From: Tepidisphaera sp.
GTDB lineage: Bacteria > Planctomycetota > Phycisphaerae > Phycisphaerales > UBA1924
Direction of reading: 5' to 3'
Length of the DNA: 64,000 bases
Assembly (NCBI GenBank): GCA_050916045.1
Contig: CP051526.1
Coordinates: forward strand, 1,408,001 to 1,472,000
The notes under the pieces were generated by a model. The model did not search any database. It had not been told where the DNA came from and saw only the letters and a program-made list of their open reading frames with translations. Position 1 is the stretch's first letter. Every line of letters starts with the position of its first letter. Made by a program: the position numbers and the translations under genes. Positions 1 to 10,085 of the stretch are shown one piece after another.

Positions 1-2
1 TG

Positions 3-1856
3 CTTTACGGCACCAACGCGGCGGATGTCGAGGAGTACAACGCGAAGTGGAAGGGCGTCATCCCCGAAGCGATGCAGTGGTGGCAGACGACCGAGACGGA
101 GAACGTCAAGGAGTTTCTGTCGCAGTTCCTGTCGCAGAAGCCGTGCCCGGGGTGCCAGGGCGACCGGCTTCGGATCGAAGCGCTGCACGTGCTGATCCGG
201 AGCACGCACAAAGCGGACACGGAGAAAGCGTTCAGCACGGCGGTGATCGGGCGGCCGAAGGGGGCGGGCGACGGCACGATGCTCAACATCGCGGAGTTTT
301 CGCGGCTGAACATCAACGACGCGATGAAGTTTGCGAAGGGCCTGGTGCTTTCGGACGAGCAGAAGGTGATCGCGGAGCCGATCCTGAAGGAGATCAACAA
401 CCGGCTTCGGTTCCTGACGGGCGTGGGTCTTGAGTATCTGTCGCTGGACCGCAAGACGGCGACGCTTTCGGGCGGGGAAGCCCAGCGGATCCGGCTCGCA
501 TCGCAGGTTGGGAGCGGGCTGGTCGGGGCGTGCTACGTGCTTGATGAGCCGACGATCGGCCTGCACCAGCGGGACAACACGCGGCTGATCGACACGCTCA
601 GGCATCTGACGGACATCGGGAACTCGGTGCTTGTGGTCGAGCACGATGAGGACATGATCCGGCACGCGGACCATGTGCTTGACGTCGGGCCGGGGCCGGG
701 CGTGCACGGCGGGCGGATCGTGGCGGAGGGGACGGTCGAGGAGATCATCGCGAATCCGAAGTCCCTGACGGGGGATTACCTGTCGGGGAGAAAGCGGATC
801 GAGATTCCGAGCAAGCGCCGCGAGCTTTCGGAGAAGAAAGCGATCATCATCAAGGGAGCGACGCACAACAACCTGAAGAACGTGGAAGCGGCGTTCCCCC
901 TCGGCGGGATCGTTTGCGTCACAGGCGTGAGCGGTTCGGGCAAGTCGACGCTTGTGAACGACATCCTGCTGCAAGCGGTGAAGAAGCAGATCCTGGCGAG
1001 CCGCGTCGTGGTCGGGGCGCACCAGTCGATCAAGATCCCGAAGGAACTGGATCGCGTGATCGAGGTGGACCAGAGCCCGATCGGCCGGACGCCGCGGAGC
1101 AATCCCGCGACGTACACGGGCATCTTCGACGACATCCGCAAGGTCTTCGCACAGACGAAGGAGGCCAAGGTCCGCGGGTACGAGCCCGGGCGGTTCAGCT
1201 TCAACGTGCGGGCCAAGAGCGGGGGCGGACGCTGCGAAGCGTGCGAAGGGCACGGCCTGAAGAAGATCGAGATGCACTTCCTGCCGGATGTGTACGTCGA
1301 GTGCGAGGTGTGCCGCGGCAAGCGGTACAACCGCGAGACGCTCGAGGTGCTTTACCGCGGGAAGAACATCGCGGATGTGCTTGCGATGACGGTCGAGGAG
1401 GGGGTCGCGTTCTTCGAGAACCACCCGAAGATCCTGCGGTTCCTGAAGTGCTTGCACGATGTGGGCCTGGACTACATCCAGCTTGGCCAGCCGAGCACGC
1501 AGCTTTCGGGCGGCGAGGCGCAGCGGATCAAGCTGGCTTCGGAGCTCGGGCTCGGAGCGGGGGCGCTCGGGTCGCAGGGTCACACGCTTTACGTGCTGGA
1601 TGAGCCGACGACGGGTTTGCACTTTGAGGACATTCGCAAGCTTGTCGCGGTGATGCAGCGGCTCGCGGATGCGGGGAACACGCTGATCGTGATCGAGCAC
1701 AACTTGGATGTGATCAAGTGCGCGGACTGGCTCGTGGACCTGGGGCCCGAGGGCGGCGGCGGGGGCGGCACGATCATCGCGAAGGGAACGCCGGAGGACG
1801 TCGCGAAGGTCGCGGCGAGCCATACGGGGAGGTATTTGAAGCCGATGCTGAAGTAA
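3..1856 (+). CDS. uvrA: Excinuclease ABC subunit A (UvrA), 5' partial
   Basis: Frame is open from the window edge. Two [12 protein letters not shown] signatures, Walker [10 protein letters not shown], zinc fingers CPGC and CEAC...[20 protein letters not shown] motif. Confidence 0.98.
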   Translation, partial: LYGTNAADVEEYNAKWKGVIPEAMQWWQTTETENVKEFLSQFLSQKPCPGCQGDRLRIEALHVLIRSTHKADTEKAFSTAVIGRPKGAGDGTMLNIAEFSRLNINDAMKFAKGLVLSDEQKVIAEPILKEINNRLRFLTGVGLEYLSLDRKTATLSGGEAQRIRLASQVGSGLVGACYVLDEPTIGLHQRDNTRLIDTLRHLTDIGNSVLVVEHDEDMIRHADHVLDVGPGPGVHGGRIVAEGTVEEIIANPKSLTGDYLSGRKRIEIPSKRRELSEKKAIIIKGATHNNLKNVEAAFPLGGIVCVTGVSGSGKSTLVNDILLQAVKKQILASRVVVGAHQSIKIPKELDRVIEVDQSPIGRTPRSNPATYTGIFDDIRKVFAQTKEAKVRGYEPGRFSFNVRAKSGGGRCEACEGHGLKKIEMHFLPDVYVECEVCRGKRYNRETLEVLYRGKNIADVLAMTVEEGVAFFENHPKILRFLKCLHDVGLDYIQLGQPSTQLSGGEAQRIKLASELGLGAGALGSQGHTLYVLDEPTTGLHFEDIRKLVAVMQRLADAGNTLIVIEHNLDVIKCADWLVDLGPEGGGGGGTIIAKGTPEDVAKVAASHTGRYLKPMLK

Positions 1857-1881
1857 TCAGAGCCCGCAGCGCGAGCAAGGG
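1857..1881 (+). repeat. REP-like repeat, diverged copy (TCAGAGCCCGCAGCGCGAGCAAGGG)
   Basis: 21/25 match to the copies at 2690-2716 (inverted) and 15110-15136; starts right after the uvrA stop. Confidence 0.65.
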
Positions 1882-1989
1882 GGAAGCGGCGTGGGACGTT
1901 CGATCCGGTGCCGGCGCTCGACTGCGCGCGAAAGGCGGTGCTGACGAATTGCGTTTGGGGCGGTGCGGCAACCGGAACCTCTGCGGATG

Positions 1990-2592
1990 TCATCGCCGCT
2001 TCGCGGTGTTCGCGTCGTCGCGTCCTCGCTCCTTCCCGACAAGCTGCCAACTTATCCGCCCATCGGGTCGTTCACTGAACCACACCTGGGCGACGTCGGA
2101 GAATCGTGAGTATTGGAGGGTGCGTGACCGCCGCATCGTTGGAGGACGGTCGCCGTCCTCGTGGCGTGATTCAAGCCCTTGGAGATCATCGAAGTCCGGC
2201 TTGCCCAGCTTGCGAATCACTTCTTCAAACGTCGCGACGGTCCCGATCAGGTCGGTGAGGCGGCGCATCTCCTTTGGCGGGATGACGTGGAAGAGCAGGT
2301 GTCGCTTTGACTTCGGGGCCGCGCCGCCGCAGAAGGGACAGTGGTAAATGTTGAGCGTTGAAAGGCCGTGCGAGCCCGGTTCGTAGTACTGATAGTGGTA
2401 CTCGTTCGTCTTTTCGTCGAACGCGATGGGGATGGTCGGGTCGTCGGCAGAGTGCTCGAGGTATTTGCAGGAGCAAGGCGTTGACGTGACCGAGGCGAAC
2501 GTCGGGCCAGCGTGCTTCGGGCGTGGCGCGGACTTCGTGGAAGCTGGCTTTGTCGGAGGCTTTCTGGACTTCGAGGTGGGCTTGCGGGCCAT
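1990..2592 (-). CDS. Hypothetical protein with Cys motifs (CSC...IYHCPFCG), resembling DUF6980-like proteins
   Basis: 200-aa ORF with ATG start and protein-like composition; family resemblance is recalled, not searched. Confidence 0.7.
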   Translation of the reverse strand: MARKPTSKSRKPPTKPASTKSAPRPKHAGPTFASVTSTPCSCKYLEHSADDPTIPIAFDEKTNEYHYQYYEPGSHGLSTLNIYHCPFCGGAAPKSKRHLLFHVIPPKEMRRLTDLIGTVATFEEVIRKLGKPDFDDLQGLESRHEDGDRPPTMRRSRTLQYSRFSDVAQVWFSERPDGRISWQLVGKERGRDDANTAKRR

Positions 2593-2689
2593 GGAAGCCA
2601 GTGTAGCGGAATGGCGGCGAACCCGAGCGCGTGGTCGGCCGATCGCGCCGATGCGCGATGCTCTGGATTGGGAGGAACTCGCCGCTTCG

Positions 2690-2716
2690 ACCCTCGCTGG
2701 CGCGTCGGGCTCTGAA
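2690..2716 (-). repeat. REP-like repeat (TTCAGAGCCCGACGCGCCAGCGAGGGT on the minus strand)
   Basis: Exact 27-bp reverse-complement match to 15110-15136. Confidence 0.75.
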
Positions 2717-2721
2717 AGAAC

Positions 2722-3048
2722 TCAACCCACTGTGCGGAGTTCCGAATCCACCGCGGGGCACCAGCGGCGTGCTTTCGCGGCGTCGAACTTCGCCGGCAGG
2801 GGCCACGGGATCGCGGCGTCGGGGTGGGCCGGGGAGACTCGGGCTTCGAGGAGGAAGCGGACGAGGCGTTCGATGAGTTCGCCGGGCGCGACGAGGCCGC
2901 CGGTCCAGTGGTCGTGGTCGCACCACGCGAGCCGGATCTCGTGGTCGGTCCCGCTTGTTTCGGAGCCGATGCGGACGCGGCATGCCCAGCCCCTGGGATC
3001 GTCCAGGACCTGCGTGCATTCGACTTTGGAGCCGGTGGCGTGGTTCAT
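2722..3048 (-). CDS. Small conserved-looking hypothetical protein
   Basis: ATG at 3048 (MNHATG...); the PGELIERLVRFLLE...KFD...RRWCP pattern resembles a small hypothetical family. Confidence 0.65.
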   Translation of the reverse strand: MNHATGSKVECTQVLDDPRGWACRVRIGSETSGTDHEIRLAWCDHDHWTGGLVAPGELIERLVRFLLEARVSPAHPDAAIPWPLPAKFDAAKARRWCPAVDSELRTVG

Positions 3049-3185
3049 GCGTCTCCAGATCGTATCCGAAGCGTCGCTTCCGGCCGCATCGGTGAGGAAC
3101 GACCCCCGGGCGAAACCCGGACGAGTCGGTCCCGGTACCATTCGGCGATTCCACCCCGCTTCTTGACCGTTCGTGCGCGGATCCC

Positions 3186-4520
3186 ATGAGTTTCATCCTC
3201 GAGATCTTCATCCTCGGCCTGACGAACCTCCGCTTGCACCTGCTGCGGACGATCCTGACCGCGCTGGGCATCATCCTCGGCGTCGCGGCGGTGATCATCA
3301 TGGTGAGCGCGGGCGAAGGGTCCAAGCAGCGGGCCCTCGAAGAAATCTCCAAGCTCGGTGCTCAGAACATCATCGTGCGGTCGCAGCGGCCGCCGCAGGA
3401 TCAAGCCGAGCAGAGCGGCTCGGGCCGGCGGACATCGTGGCTGAACCGGTACGGGATCACGCGAGCAGATGAGCAGGTCGTGCGCGAGAACTTTCCCGAC
3501 GCGACGATCGTCCCGCTCAAGGAAGTGGGGAGCCAGATCATCCGCGAGGGGATCCGCAAGACGAGCCAGGCGTTCGGGACGACGCCGGAGCTCCTTTCGG
3601 CGGCCAAGCTTCGGATCGCGCGCGGGCGATATCTGACACAAACGGATATCGACGACGCGGCGGCGGTCTGCGTGCTCGGAGCGGAGGTCGCGAAGCAGTT
3701 CTTCCGCTTGGAGGATCCGCTCCACAACACGATCCGGATCGACAGCAAGGTGATGACGGTGGTGGGGGTGCTGGCGCCGGTGGGGCTCGCGGGCGGGAAG
3801 GGGGCGGCGCTGGTGGGCCGCGATCTCGACCTTGACCTGCACATTCCGATCTCGACGGCGCGGGTGGTCTTCGGGGACATGGTGATCCGGCAGAGCTCGG
3901 GCAATTTCCAGAACAGCAGCGTGGAGGTGGCGGAGCTATACGTCGTGTCGCCGGCGATCGAGCGGGTGATGGCGGACGCGGCGCGGCTTCAGCGGATCAT
4001 GGATGTGCGGCACGCGACGACGCGGGATGTGTCCATCAAGGTGCCGTACGAGCTGCTTGAGAACGCGGAGCGGACGGCTCGCAATTTCAAGATCACCTTC
4101 GGGCTGGTGGCGGGGGTGGCGCTCCTGGTGGGCGGTATCGGCATCATGAACATCATGCTCGCGACGGTGACGGAGCGGACGCGGGAGATCGGCATCCGGC
4201 GGGCGCTGGGCGCGACGCGGAAGCACGTGATTCTGCAGTTCCTGATCGAAACGACGGTGATCTCGTCGATCGGCGGGTTTATGGGGATCGCGATGGGCGT
4301 CGGCCTGTCGTGGCTTGTGGATTGGGGCGTGCCCAAGCTGCCGCAACTGCCGTGGGTGGGCCAGTTCTTCCCGGCGGATGCTTCGCTTCCGATGTCGGTG
4401 ACGATCGGGTCGATCATCGTTGCCTTCTCGGTGGCATTCATCACGGGCTTGATCTTCGGGATCTATCCCGCGCGGCGAGCGGCGGCGCAGGATCCGATCG
4501 TGGCGTTGAGGCATACGTAA
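3186..4520 (+). CDS. MacB/FtsX-family ABC transporter permease
   Basis: RTILTALGIILGVAAVI N-terminal helix, periplasmic domain, GGIGIMNIMLATVTERTREIGIRRALGA, C-terminal DPIVALR. Confidence 0.95.
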   Translation: MSFILEIFILGLTNLRLHLLRTILTALGIILGVAAVIIMVSAGEGSKQRALEEISKLGAQNIIVRSQRPPQDQAEQSGSGRRTSWLNRYGITRADEQVVRENFPDATIVPLKEVGSQIIREGIRKTSQAFGTTPELLSAAKLRIARGRYLTQTDIDDAAAVCVLGAEVAKQFFRLEDPLHNTIRIDSKVMTVVGVLAPVGLAGGKGAALVGRDLDLDLHIPISTARVVFGDMVIRQSSGNFQNSSVEVAELYVVSPAIERVMADAARLQRIMDVRHATTRDVSIKVPYELLENAERTARNFKITFGLVAGVALLVGGIGIMNIMLATVTERTREIGIRRALGATRKHVILQFLIETTVISSIGGFMGIAMGVGLSWLVDWGVPKLPQLPWVGQFFPADASLPMSVTIGSIIVAFSVAFITGLIFGIYPARRAAAQDPIVALRHT

Positions 4521-4608
4521 AGCGGGTGGAACGCGAAGGCATAGAGGAACGCGGAGGAAGTCGCGGGAGGCGATGCACCAAGCCGCGCGATGCTCGGCGG
4601 CGGCGCGT

Positions 4609-5424
4609 TCACTTCTTCTGCATTTCCTTCTTCATGATGAACAGGTAGTTGAACCCGCGCATGAAGAAGTTGCCGTCTTCGGCGGCTTTGTGCCAGTTGC
4701 CGCGGCTGAGCTTCTGGTTGTGGCGGACGACCGAGATGATGTCGACGGGCTTGAAGCCTTGCTTCATGATCTCGAAGAGGTCGAACCCGATGGGCATGAA
4801 CCGGTCCGTCGCGGTGCCGGCGCCCTTGCCCTTCTTGAAGCTGTCGCTCACGTACAAGCCGAGGTAGCGGCGGTCCTTGAGGACGCGGTGGAGCTCCTTG
4901 AGGACGCGGCGCATGGCTTCGTAGTAGGCTTGGCCCCCGTCGTCGCCGCCGGCGTCGAGCTTGCCGATGCACGCGGGGTCGTCGGAGTAGTCGACGTGCG
5001 TGGAGTAGGGCGGGTCGATGAACGCGAAGTCGACGGACGCGTCGGGCAGAGCGATCTTGCGAGCATCGCCGTACTTGATCTCCGGCCGCTGGGGATTGAG
5101 GTCGAATCCGATCCCCTTGCGGTTGGTGTCGGCGCAGACGTCGAGGGTCGTGCCGCTGCCGCACATGGGGTCGATGACGGTGTCGCCTTCGCGGGTGTAG
5201 CGTTGCAGGAGCTGCCAGATGACCCAGGAGGGCGTCGCGCCGACGTAGGCTTTGTCGCCCTGCATGGGGAGTTCGCGGGGGGCGCGCGGCTTGACGTTCA
5301 CGCACGGGGGAAAGGTGTTGGCGGGGTCGTAGTGCTGGCTGGGGTACTCCCAGCAGGTCGTGGTGAAGATGCGGAGCGTCGGCTTGTTGGGGTTGCCGCG
5401 GGGTCGTGGAGGTGGCCGGTCCAT
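4609..5424 (-). CDS. Amino-methyltransferase (N4-C/N6-A DNA methylase or TRM11-like), orphan
   Basis: SAM motif VIDPMCGSGTT and catalytic DPPY motif. Confidence 0.85.
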   Translation of the reverse strand: MDRPPPRPRGNPNKPTLRIFTTTCWEYPSQHYDPANTFPPCVNVKPRAPRELPMQGDKAYVGATPSWVIWQLLQRYTREGDTVIDPMCGSGTTLDVCADTNRKGIGFDLNPQRPEIKYGDARKIALPDASVDFAFIDPPYSTHVDYSDDPACIGKLDAGGDDGGQAYYEAMRRVLKELHRVLKDRRYLGLYVSDSFKKGKGAGTATDRFMPIGFDLFEIMKQGFKPVDIISVVRHNQKLSRGNWHKAAEDGNFFMRGFNYLFIMKKEMQKK

Positions 5425-5444
5425 GGGGAGAGCGTATGGGCGGC

Positions 5445-6218
5445 TTAGCTCACGACCTCGACCGCGACGCCGCGGTTGCGGATCTCGGAGAGCGTTTTGC
5501 TCGGCGAGCCGTCGTCGGTGATGATCATGTCCATCTCGTCGACGGGAGCGAAGAACTCGACCGACCGGACGTCAAACTTGCCGGAGTCGATGAGGAGGTA
5601 GGCTTTCTCGCAGACGTCGATCATGCGGCGCTTGATGCCGGCATGCTCATCGGCCGTGACGGAGAGGCCTCGGGCAAGGTCCAGACCGCGGCAGGAGAAG
5701 AAGAGCTTCTGAACGTGGAAGCGTTCGAGGGACTGCTCGGCGAGGGGGCCGACCATCGAGACGCTGGGGCGGTCGAGGATGCCGCCGGTGATGATCACGC
5801 GGACGGAGGACTTGTCGATGAGAGCCGAAGCGATGGGGAGCGCGTTGGTCACGACGGTGATCGCGATGTCGGGGATGACCTTGGCGAGCTCGTGAGCCGT
5901 CGAGCTGGCATCCAAGGCGATGACGTCGCCGGGGGCGATCTCGCGGACAGCCCGGCGGGCGATGGCCCGCTTGAACTCGAGGTTGACGGTCTCGCGGACG
6001 TCTAGGGGAAGCTCGCGGCGGTCGGTCTCGACGGCCATGGCCCCGCCGTGCGTGCGCACAAGCTTGCCCTCGGCGTCCAGACGCTCGAGGTCGCGGCGGA
6101 TGGTCTCCTGAGTGACCGATAATTCGCTGGCGAGCTGGGCCACCCGGACCCCGCCGACGGCGGAGAGGCGGGCAAGAATCTCCCGGTGCCGTTCCGATGC
6201 CAACATGGTCGCGGACAT
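5445..6218 (-). CDS. DeoR/GlpR family transcriptional regulator (likely rhamnose regulator)
   Basis: HTH VTQETIRRDL...RTHGGA, sensor motifs IALDASST and VVTNA; divergent from the rha genes. Confidence 0.95.
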   Translation of the reverse strand: MSATMLASERHREILARLSAVGGVRVAQLASELSVTQETIRRDLERLDAEGKLVRTHGGAMAVETDRRELPLDVRETVNLEFKRAIARRAVREIAPGDVIALDASSTAHELAKVIPDIAITVVTNALPIASALIDKSSVRVIITGGILDRPSVSMVGPLAEQSLERFHVQKLFFSCRGLDLARGLSVTADEHAGIKRRMIDVCEKAYLLIDSGKFDVRSVEFFAPVDEMDMIITDDGSPSKTLSEIRNRGVAVEVVS

Positions 6219-6329
6219 ACGTCTCTCCAAAGCTGGTGAAGCAAGAGGGCTCGAAAGGCCTATCCTTGCTGTGATTCTTTCTGATCTGGTGGGAGTTCTC
6301 GCTCTCCGCCTTTGGTTCGGAGCACAAGC

Positions 6330-8561
6330 ATGCCCGGTTCCCCGCAATCCGTCGCAACTCCCAACTTTAGGCACGTGACCTTCGGGTGGGATTCTCCCAC
6401 AACTCCACAGATCGGAGACGAGGTCGCCGAACTGATCCGGCGGTCGAACCTGCTCGGCTCGGACCAACGCATCACCAATACCGGCGGCGGAAACACGTCG
6501 GCGAAGATCGAGCAGCCGGACCCGATCACCGGAAAGCCGGTGCGGGTGCTTTGGGTCAAGGGGTCCGGCGGGGACCTGCGGACGGCGACGAAAGCGAACT
6601 TCGCTTCGCTGGACCTTGCGGCGGTCGAGCGGCTTGAAGCGGTGTATGCGAAAGCGGCGTCCGAGGGGAAAGCCGGGGCGAAGACGCCGATCGAGGACTG
6701 GATGGTCGGGGCGTATCCACACTGCACGTTCAATCTGAACCCGTGCGTCGCGTCGATCGACACGCCGCTTCACGCGTTTGTCCCGGCGGCCCACGTCGAC
6801 CACACGCACCCCAACGCGGTGATCGCGGTCGCGGCGAGCAAAGACGGGAAAGCCCTGACGAAGGAGATCTGGGGCGGAGAGGTCGGCTGGGTGGACTGGC
6901 AGCGGCCCGGGTTTGACCTTGGTCTCAAGATCCGCGAGGAGATCGCGCGGAACTCGAAGAACGGCCCTGGGATCAAGGGCATCGTCATGGGTCAGCACGG
7001 CCTGATCAACTGGGGTGACACGGGGTATGCCTGCTATGTGAACTCGCTGGACCTGATCGAGCGGGCGGCGCGGTACCTTGAGTCGAAGGATCGCGGGAGC
7101 AAGACCTTCGGCGGGACCAAGTACGAGGACATCGCGGGGGCGAGGCGAGAGGAACTGCTTGCGGAACTGCTGCCGTGGCTTCGCGGCAAGGTTTCGGGCA
7201 AGGCGCGGTTCTTCGGCACGGTGGAGCACCGGGCGGAGATCCTGCGGTTTGTGAACAGCCATGACGCGGCCCGGCTCGCTGAGCTTGGCACGTCATGTCC
7301 GGACCACTTCCTTCGCACGAAGATCAAGCCGCTTTTCGTCGATTGGAACCCGGCGACGGGGACGCTTGACTCGCTGAAAGCGATGATCGAGCAGGGGCTG
7401 ACGCAGTACCGCAAGGACTACGCGGCGTATTACGAGCGTTGCAAGCGGCCGGACAGCCCGGCGATGCGCGACCCCAACCCGACGGTCGTGCTGGTGCCGG
7501 GCTTGGGGATGATCGCGTGGGGAAAGACCAAGAGCGAAAGCCGTGTGACGGCTGAGTTCTACTGCTGCGCGGTCGAGGTGATGAAGGGGGCGGAAGCCAT
7601 CGGCGGGTACATCGCCCTGCCGCAGCAGGAAGCGTTCGACATCGAGTACTGGCTTCTTGAGGAAGCCAAGCTCAAGCGCATGCCGGCCGAGAAGGAGCTC
7701 GCGCGGCACATCGCGATCGTGGTGGGTGCCGGCAACGGCATCGGCCGCGTGACGGCGCAGCGGCTTGCGAAGGACGGCGCGCACATCGTGTGCGCCGATC
7801 TGGTGGAATCGGCGGCGAAGGGCGCTGCGGAAGACTTGACGAAGATCCACGGGACGGGGATCGGAGTGGCGGGGTCGGGGGTGTCAAGCTGCGGCCCCGC
7901 GACGAGCGCGGCGGTGGATGTGACCGATCGCGAGAGCGTGCGTGCGATGCTGCGGCACGCGGTGCTCGCGTACGGCGGGATCGACACGGTCGTCGTGACG
8001 GCGGGCGTGTACATCGCTCCCGGCGCGGACGGCCGCGTGACGGACGACCAGTGGCGGACGACGTACGAGGTGAACGTACGCGGGATGGCGGTGGTGGCCG
8101 AGGAAGCCGCTCGCGTCTTCAAGGCGCAGGGCCTTCGCGGGTCGATCGTGCTGACGACGAGCGTCAACGGCGTGGTTCCCAAGAAGGGGAGCTTGGCGTA
8201 CGACACGAGCAAAGCGGCGGCGAACCACCTGGTGCGCGAGCTTGCGATCGAGCTTGCGCCGCTTGTCCGGGTGAACGGCGTGGCGCCCGCGACGGTGGTG
8301 GAGGGTTCGACGATGTTCCCGCGCGACCGGGTGATCGCTTCGCTGGTCAAGTACAACATCCCGTTCACGGAGATGGACAGCACGGACGGGCTTCGGAGCA
8401 AGCTGGCCGAGTTTTACGCCCAGCGGACGCTTCTTCGGACGCCGATCACGCCGTCGGATCAGGCGGAAGCGGTGCATTTCCTGGCTTCGGAGCGATCGGC
8501 TCGGACGACGGGCCAGATCATCAATGTGGACGGCGGGCTTCACGAAGCGTTCCAACGGTAG
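6330..8561 (+). CDS. rhaEW: Bifunctional rhamnulose-1-phosphate aldolase / short-chain dehydrogenase
   Basis: GGGNTSAK, SIDTPLH, VDHTHP and GTSCPDHFLRTKIKP motifs, followed by an SDR domain (GAGNGIG, YDTSK). Confidence 0.93.
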   Translation: MPGSPQSVATPNFRHVTFGWDSPTTPQIGDEVAELIRRSNLLGSDQRITNTGGGNTSAKIEQPDPITGKPVRVLWVKGSGGDLRTATKANFASLDLAAVERLEAVYAKAASEGKAGAKTPIEDWMVGAYPHCTFNLNPCVASIDTPLHAFVPAAHVDHTHPNAVIAVAASKDGKALTKEIWGGEVGWVDWQRPGFDLGLKIREEIARNSKNGPGIKGIVMGQHGLINWGDTGYACYVNSLDLIERAARYLESKDRGSKTFGGTKYEDIAGARREELLAELLPWLRGKVSGKARFFGTVEHRAEILRFVNSHDAARLAELGTSCPDHFLRTKIKPLFVDWNPATGTLDSLKAMIEQGLTQYRKDYAAYYERCKRPDSPAMRDPNPTVVLVPGLGMIAWGKTKSESRVTAEFYCCAVEVMKGAEAIGGYIALPQQEAFDIEYWLLEEAKLKRMPAEKELARHIAIVVGAGNGIGRVTAQRLAKDGAHIVCADLVESAAKGAAEDLTKIHGTGIGVAGSGVSSCGPATSAAVDVTDRESVRAMLRHAVLAYGGIDTVVVTAGVYIAPGADGRVTDDQWRTTYEVNVRGMAVVAEEAARVFKAQGLRGSIVLTTSVNGVVPKKGSLAYDTSKAAANHLVRELAIELAPLVRVNGVAPATVVEGSTMFPRDRVIASLVKYNIPFTEMDSTDGLRSKLAEFYAQRTLLRTPITPSDQAEAVHFLASERSARTTGQIINVDGGLHEAFQR

Positions 8562-8578
8562 AAGCGCGAGAGCGAGCC

Positions 8579-10066
8579 ATGGCGACGACGGTGCATCTCG
8601 CGATCGATCTGGGGGCCGAGTCCGGTCGCGCGGTGGTCGGCGTGCTCTCGGACGGTGTGCTTGAGACCGCGGAGGTGCACCGGTTCGCGCACGCTCCAAG
8701 GTCGGTGTCGGGCGGGCTTTTCTGGGATCTGGATCTGCTCTGGCGCGAGATTCGGGCGGGGCTTGCGGCTGCGGGCGCGTGGTGCAAGGGGCGCGGGGTT
8801 TCGCTCGCCACAGTGGGCGTCGACACGTGGGGCGTGGATTACGCGCTGGTGGACGCGGCGGGGGAGCTGCTGGAATCGCCCCGGTGCTATCGCGATCCGC
8901 GGAACGCAGCGGCGTACGAGCGCGTGCTGGCCGAGGTGGGAGAAGAGACGATCTATGCCGCGACGGGCATCCAGTTCATGGCGTTGAACACGCTGTATCA
9001 GCTGGCGGCTACGAAGCAGGAGACGCCGGACCTGCTGCGGCGTGCGTCGCGGCTTTTGTTCATGCCGGATCTGTTCCATTTCATGCTCACGGGCGAAATG
9101 AAGACGGAGCGGTCGATCGCATCGACGAGCCAGATGCTGGACCCGACGACGGGCACGTGGGCAACTTCGCTGCTGGAGCGGTGCGGCATTCCCGGGCGGA
9201 TCCTTGGCGAGCCGGTGGATGCGGGGACGGTGGTGGGCGCGGTCAAGCGGAGCGTCCTGGACGAAGCGGGCGTCGCGGGCCCGGTGCTTGTGGTGACGCC
9301 CGCGGCGCACGACACGGCTTCCGCGGTCGCCGCTGTTCCGGCCGGGCCCGGGCCTTGGGCGTACCTGTCGAGTGGGACGTGGTCGCTGATGGGCGTGGAG
9401 CTTTCTACGCCGATTCTGAGCGAGCAGGCCCGCAGGGCGCCGTTCACGAACGAGCTTGGCGTCGGGCGCTCGGTGCGGTTCCTCAAGAATATCGCGGGGC
9501 TCTGGCTGCTCCAGGAGACGCGGCGGGATCTGGCCGAGCTCGGTGAGTCGAAGGACTACGCGGAGCTTGCACGCGAAGCGGAGGCTTCGCCCGCGTTTCG
9601 CACGCTGATCGACCCGGATCGGGCCGAGTTCGCCGCGCCGGGCGGGATGATCGGGAAGATCCAGGCGTTCGCCAGGGCGACGGGGCAGCCCGAGCCGCGG
9701 ACTTCGGGCGAGCTTGCACGGAGCTGTGTCGACAGCTTGGCGTTGGCGTACGGCCGGGTGGGTGAGAAGCTGAGGGCGGTGACCGGAACAACGCCGGAAA
9801 CGCTTCATGTCGTGGGCGGAGGGGGCCGTAACGCGCTTCTGAATCAGCTTACAGCGGACGCCACGGGCATGAATGTCGCGGTGGGGCCCTACGAAGCGAC
9901 CTCGACGGGGAATCTGCTGATCCAGGCGATGGGTGTTGGAGCCGTGGGTGGGATCGGCGAACTTCGGCGGATTTCTGCCCGCGCGTGTTCGGTCCAACAT
10001 GTTCGCCCCAGCGAGAATGATGCTGCGCGGGACGCCGCCCGGCGGTATGCTGAGCTGACGCCCTGA
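8579..10066 (+). CDS. rhaB: Rhamnulokinase (FGGY family)
   Basis: AIDLGAESGR, GVDTWGVDY, TGIQFMALNTLYQL, SSGTWSLMG, FLKNIAGLWLLQE. Confidence 0.93.
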   Translation: MATTVHLAIDLGAESGRAVVGVLSDGVLETAEVHRFAHAPRSVSGGLFWDLDLLWREIRAGLAAAGAWCKGRGVSLATVGVDTWGVDYALVDAAGELLESPRCYRDPRNAAAYERVLAEVGEETIYAATGIQFMALNTLYQLAATKQETPDLLRRASRLLFMPDLFHFMLTGEMKTERSIASTSQMLDPTTGTWATSLLERCGIPGRILGEPVDAGTVVGAVKRSVLDEAGVAGPVLVVTPAAHDTASAVAAVPAGPGPWAYLSSGTWSLMGVELSTPILSEQARRAPFTNELGVGRSVRFLKNIAGLWLLQETRRDLAELGESKDYAELAREAEASPAFRTLIDPDRAEFAAPGGMIGKIQAFARATGQPEPRTSGELARSCVDSLALAYGRVGEKLRAVTGTTPETLHVVGGGGRNALLNQLTADATGMNVAVGPYEATSTGNLLIQAMGVGAVGGIGELRRISARACSVQHVRPSENDAARDAARRYAELTP

Positions 10067-10085
10067 CCCGAGGATGCGCGCCTGA

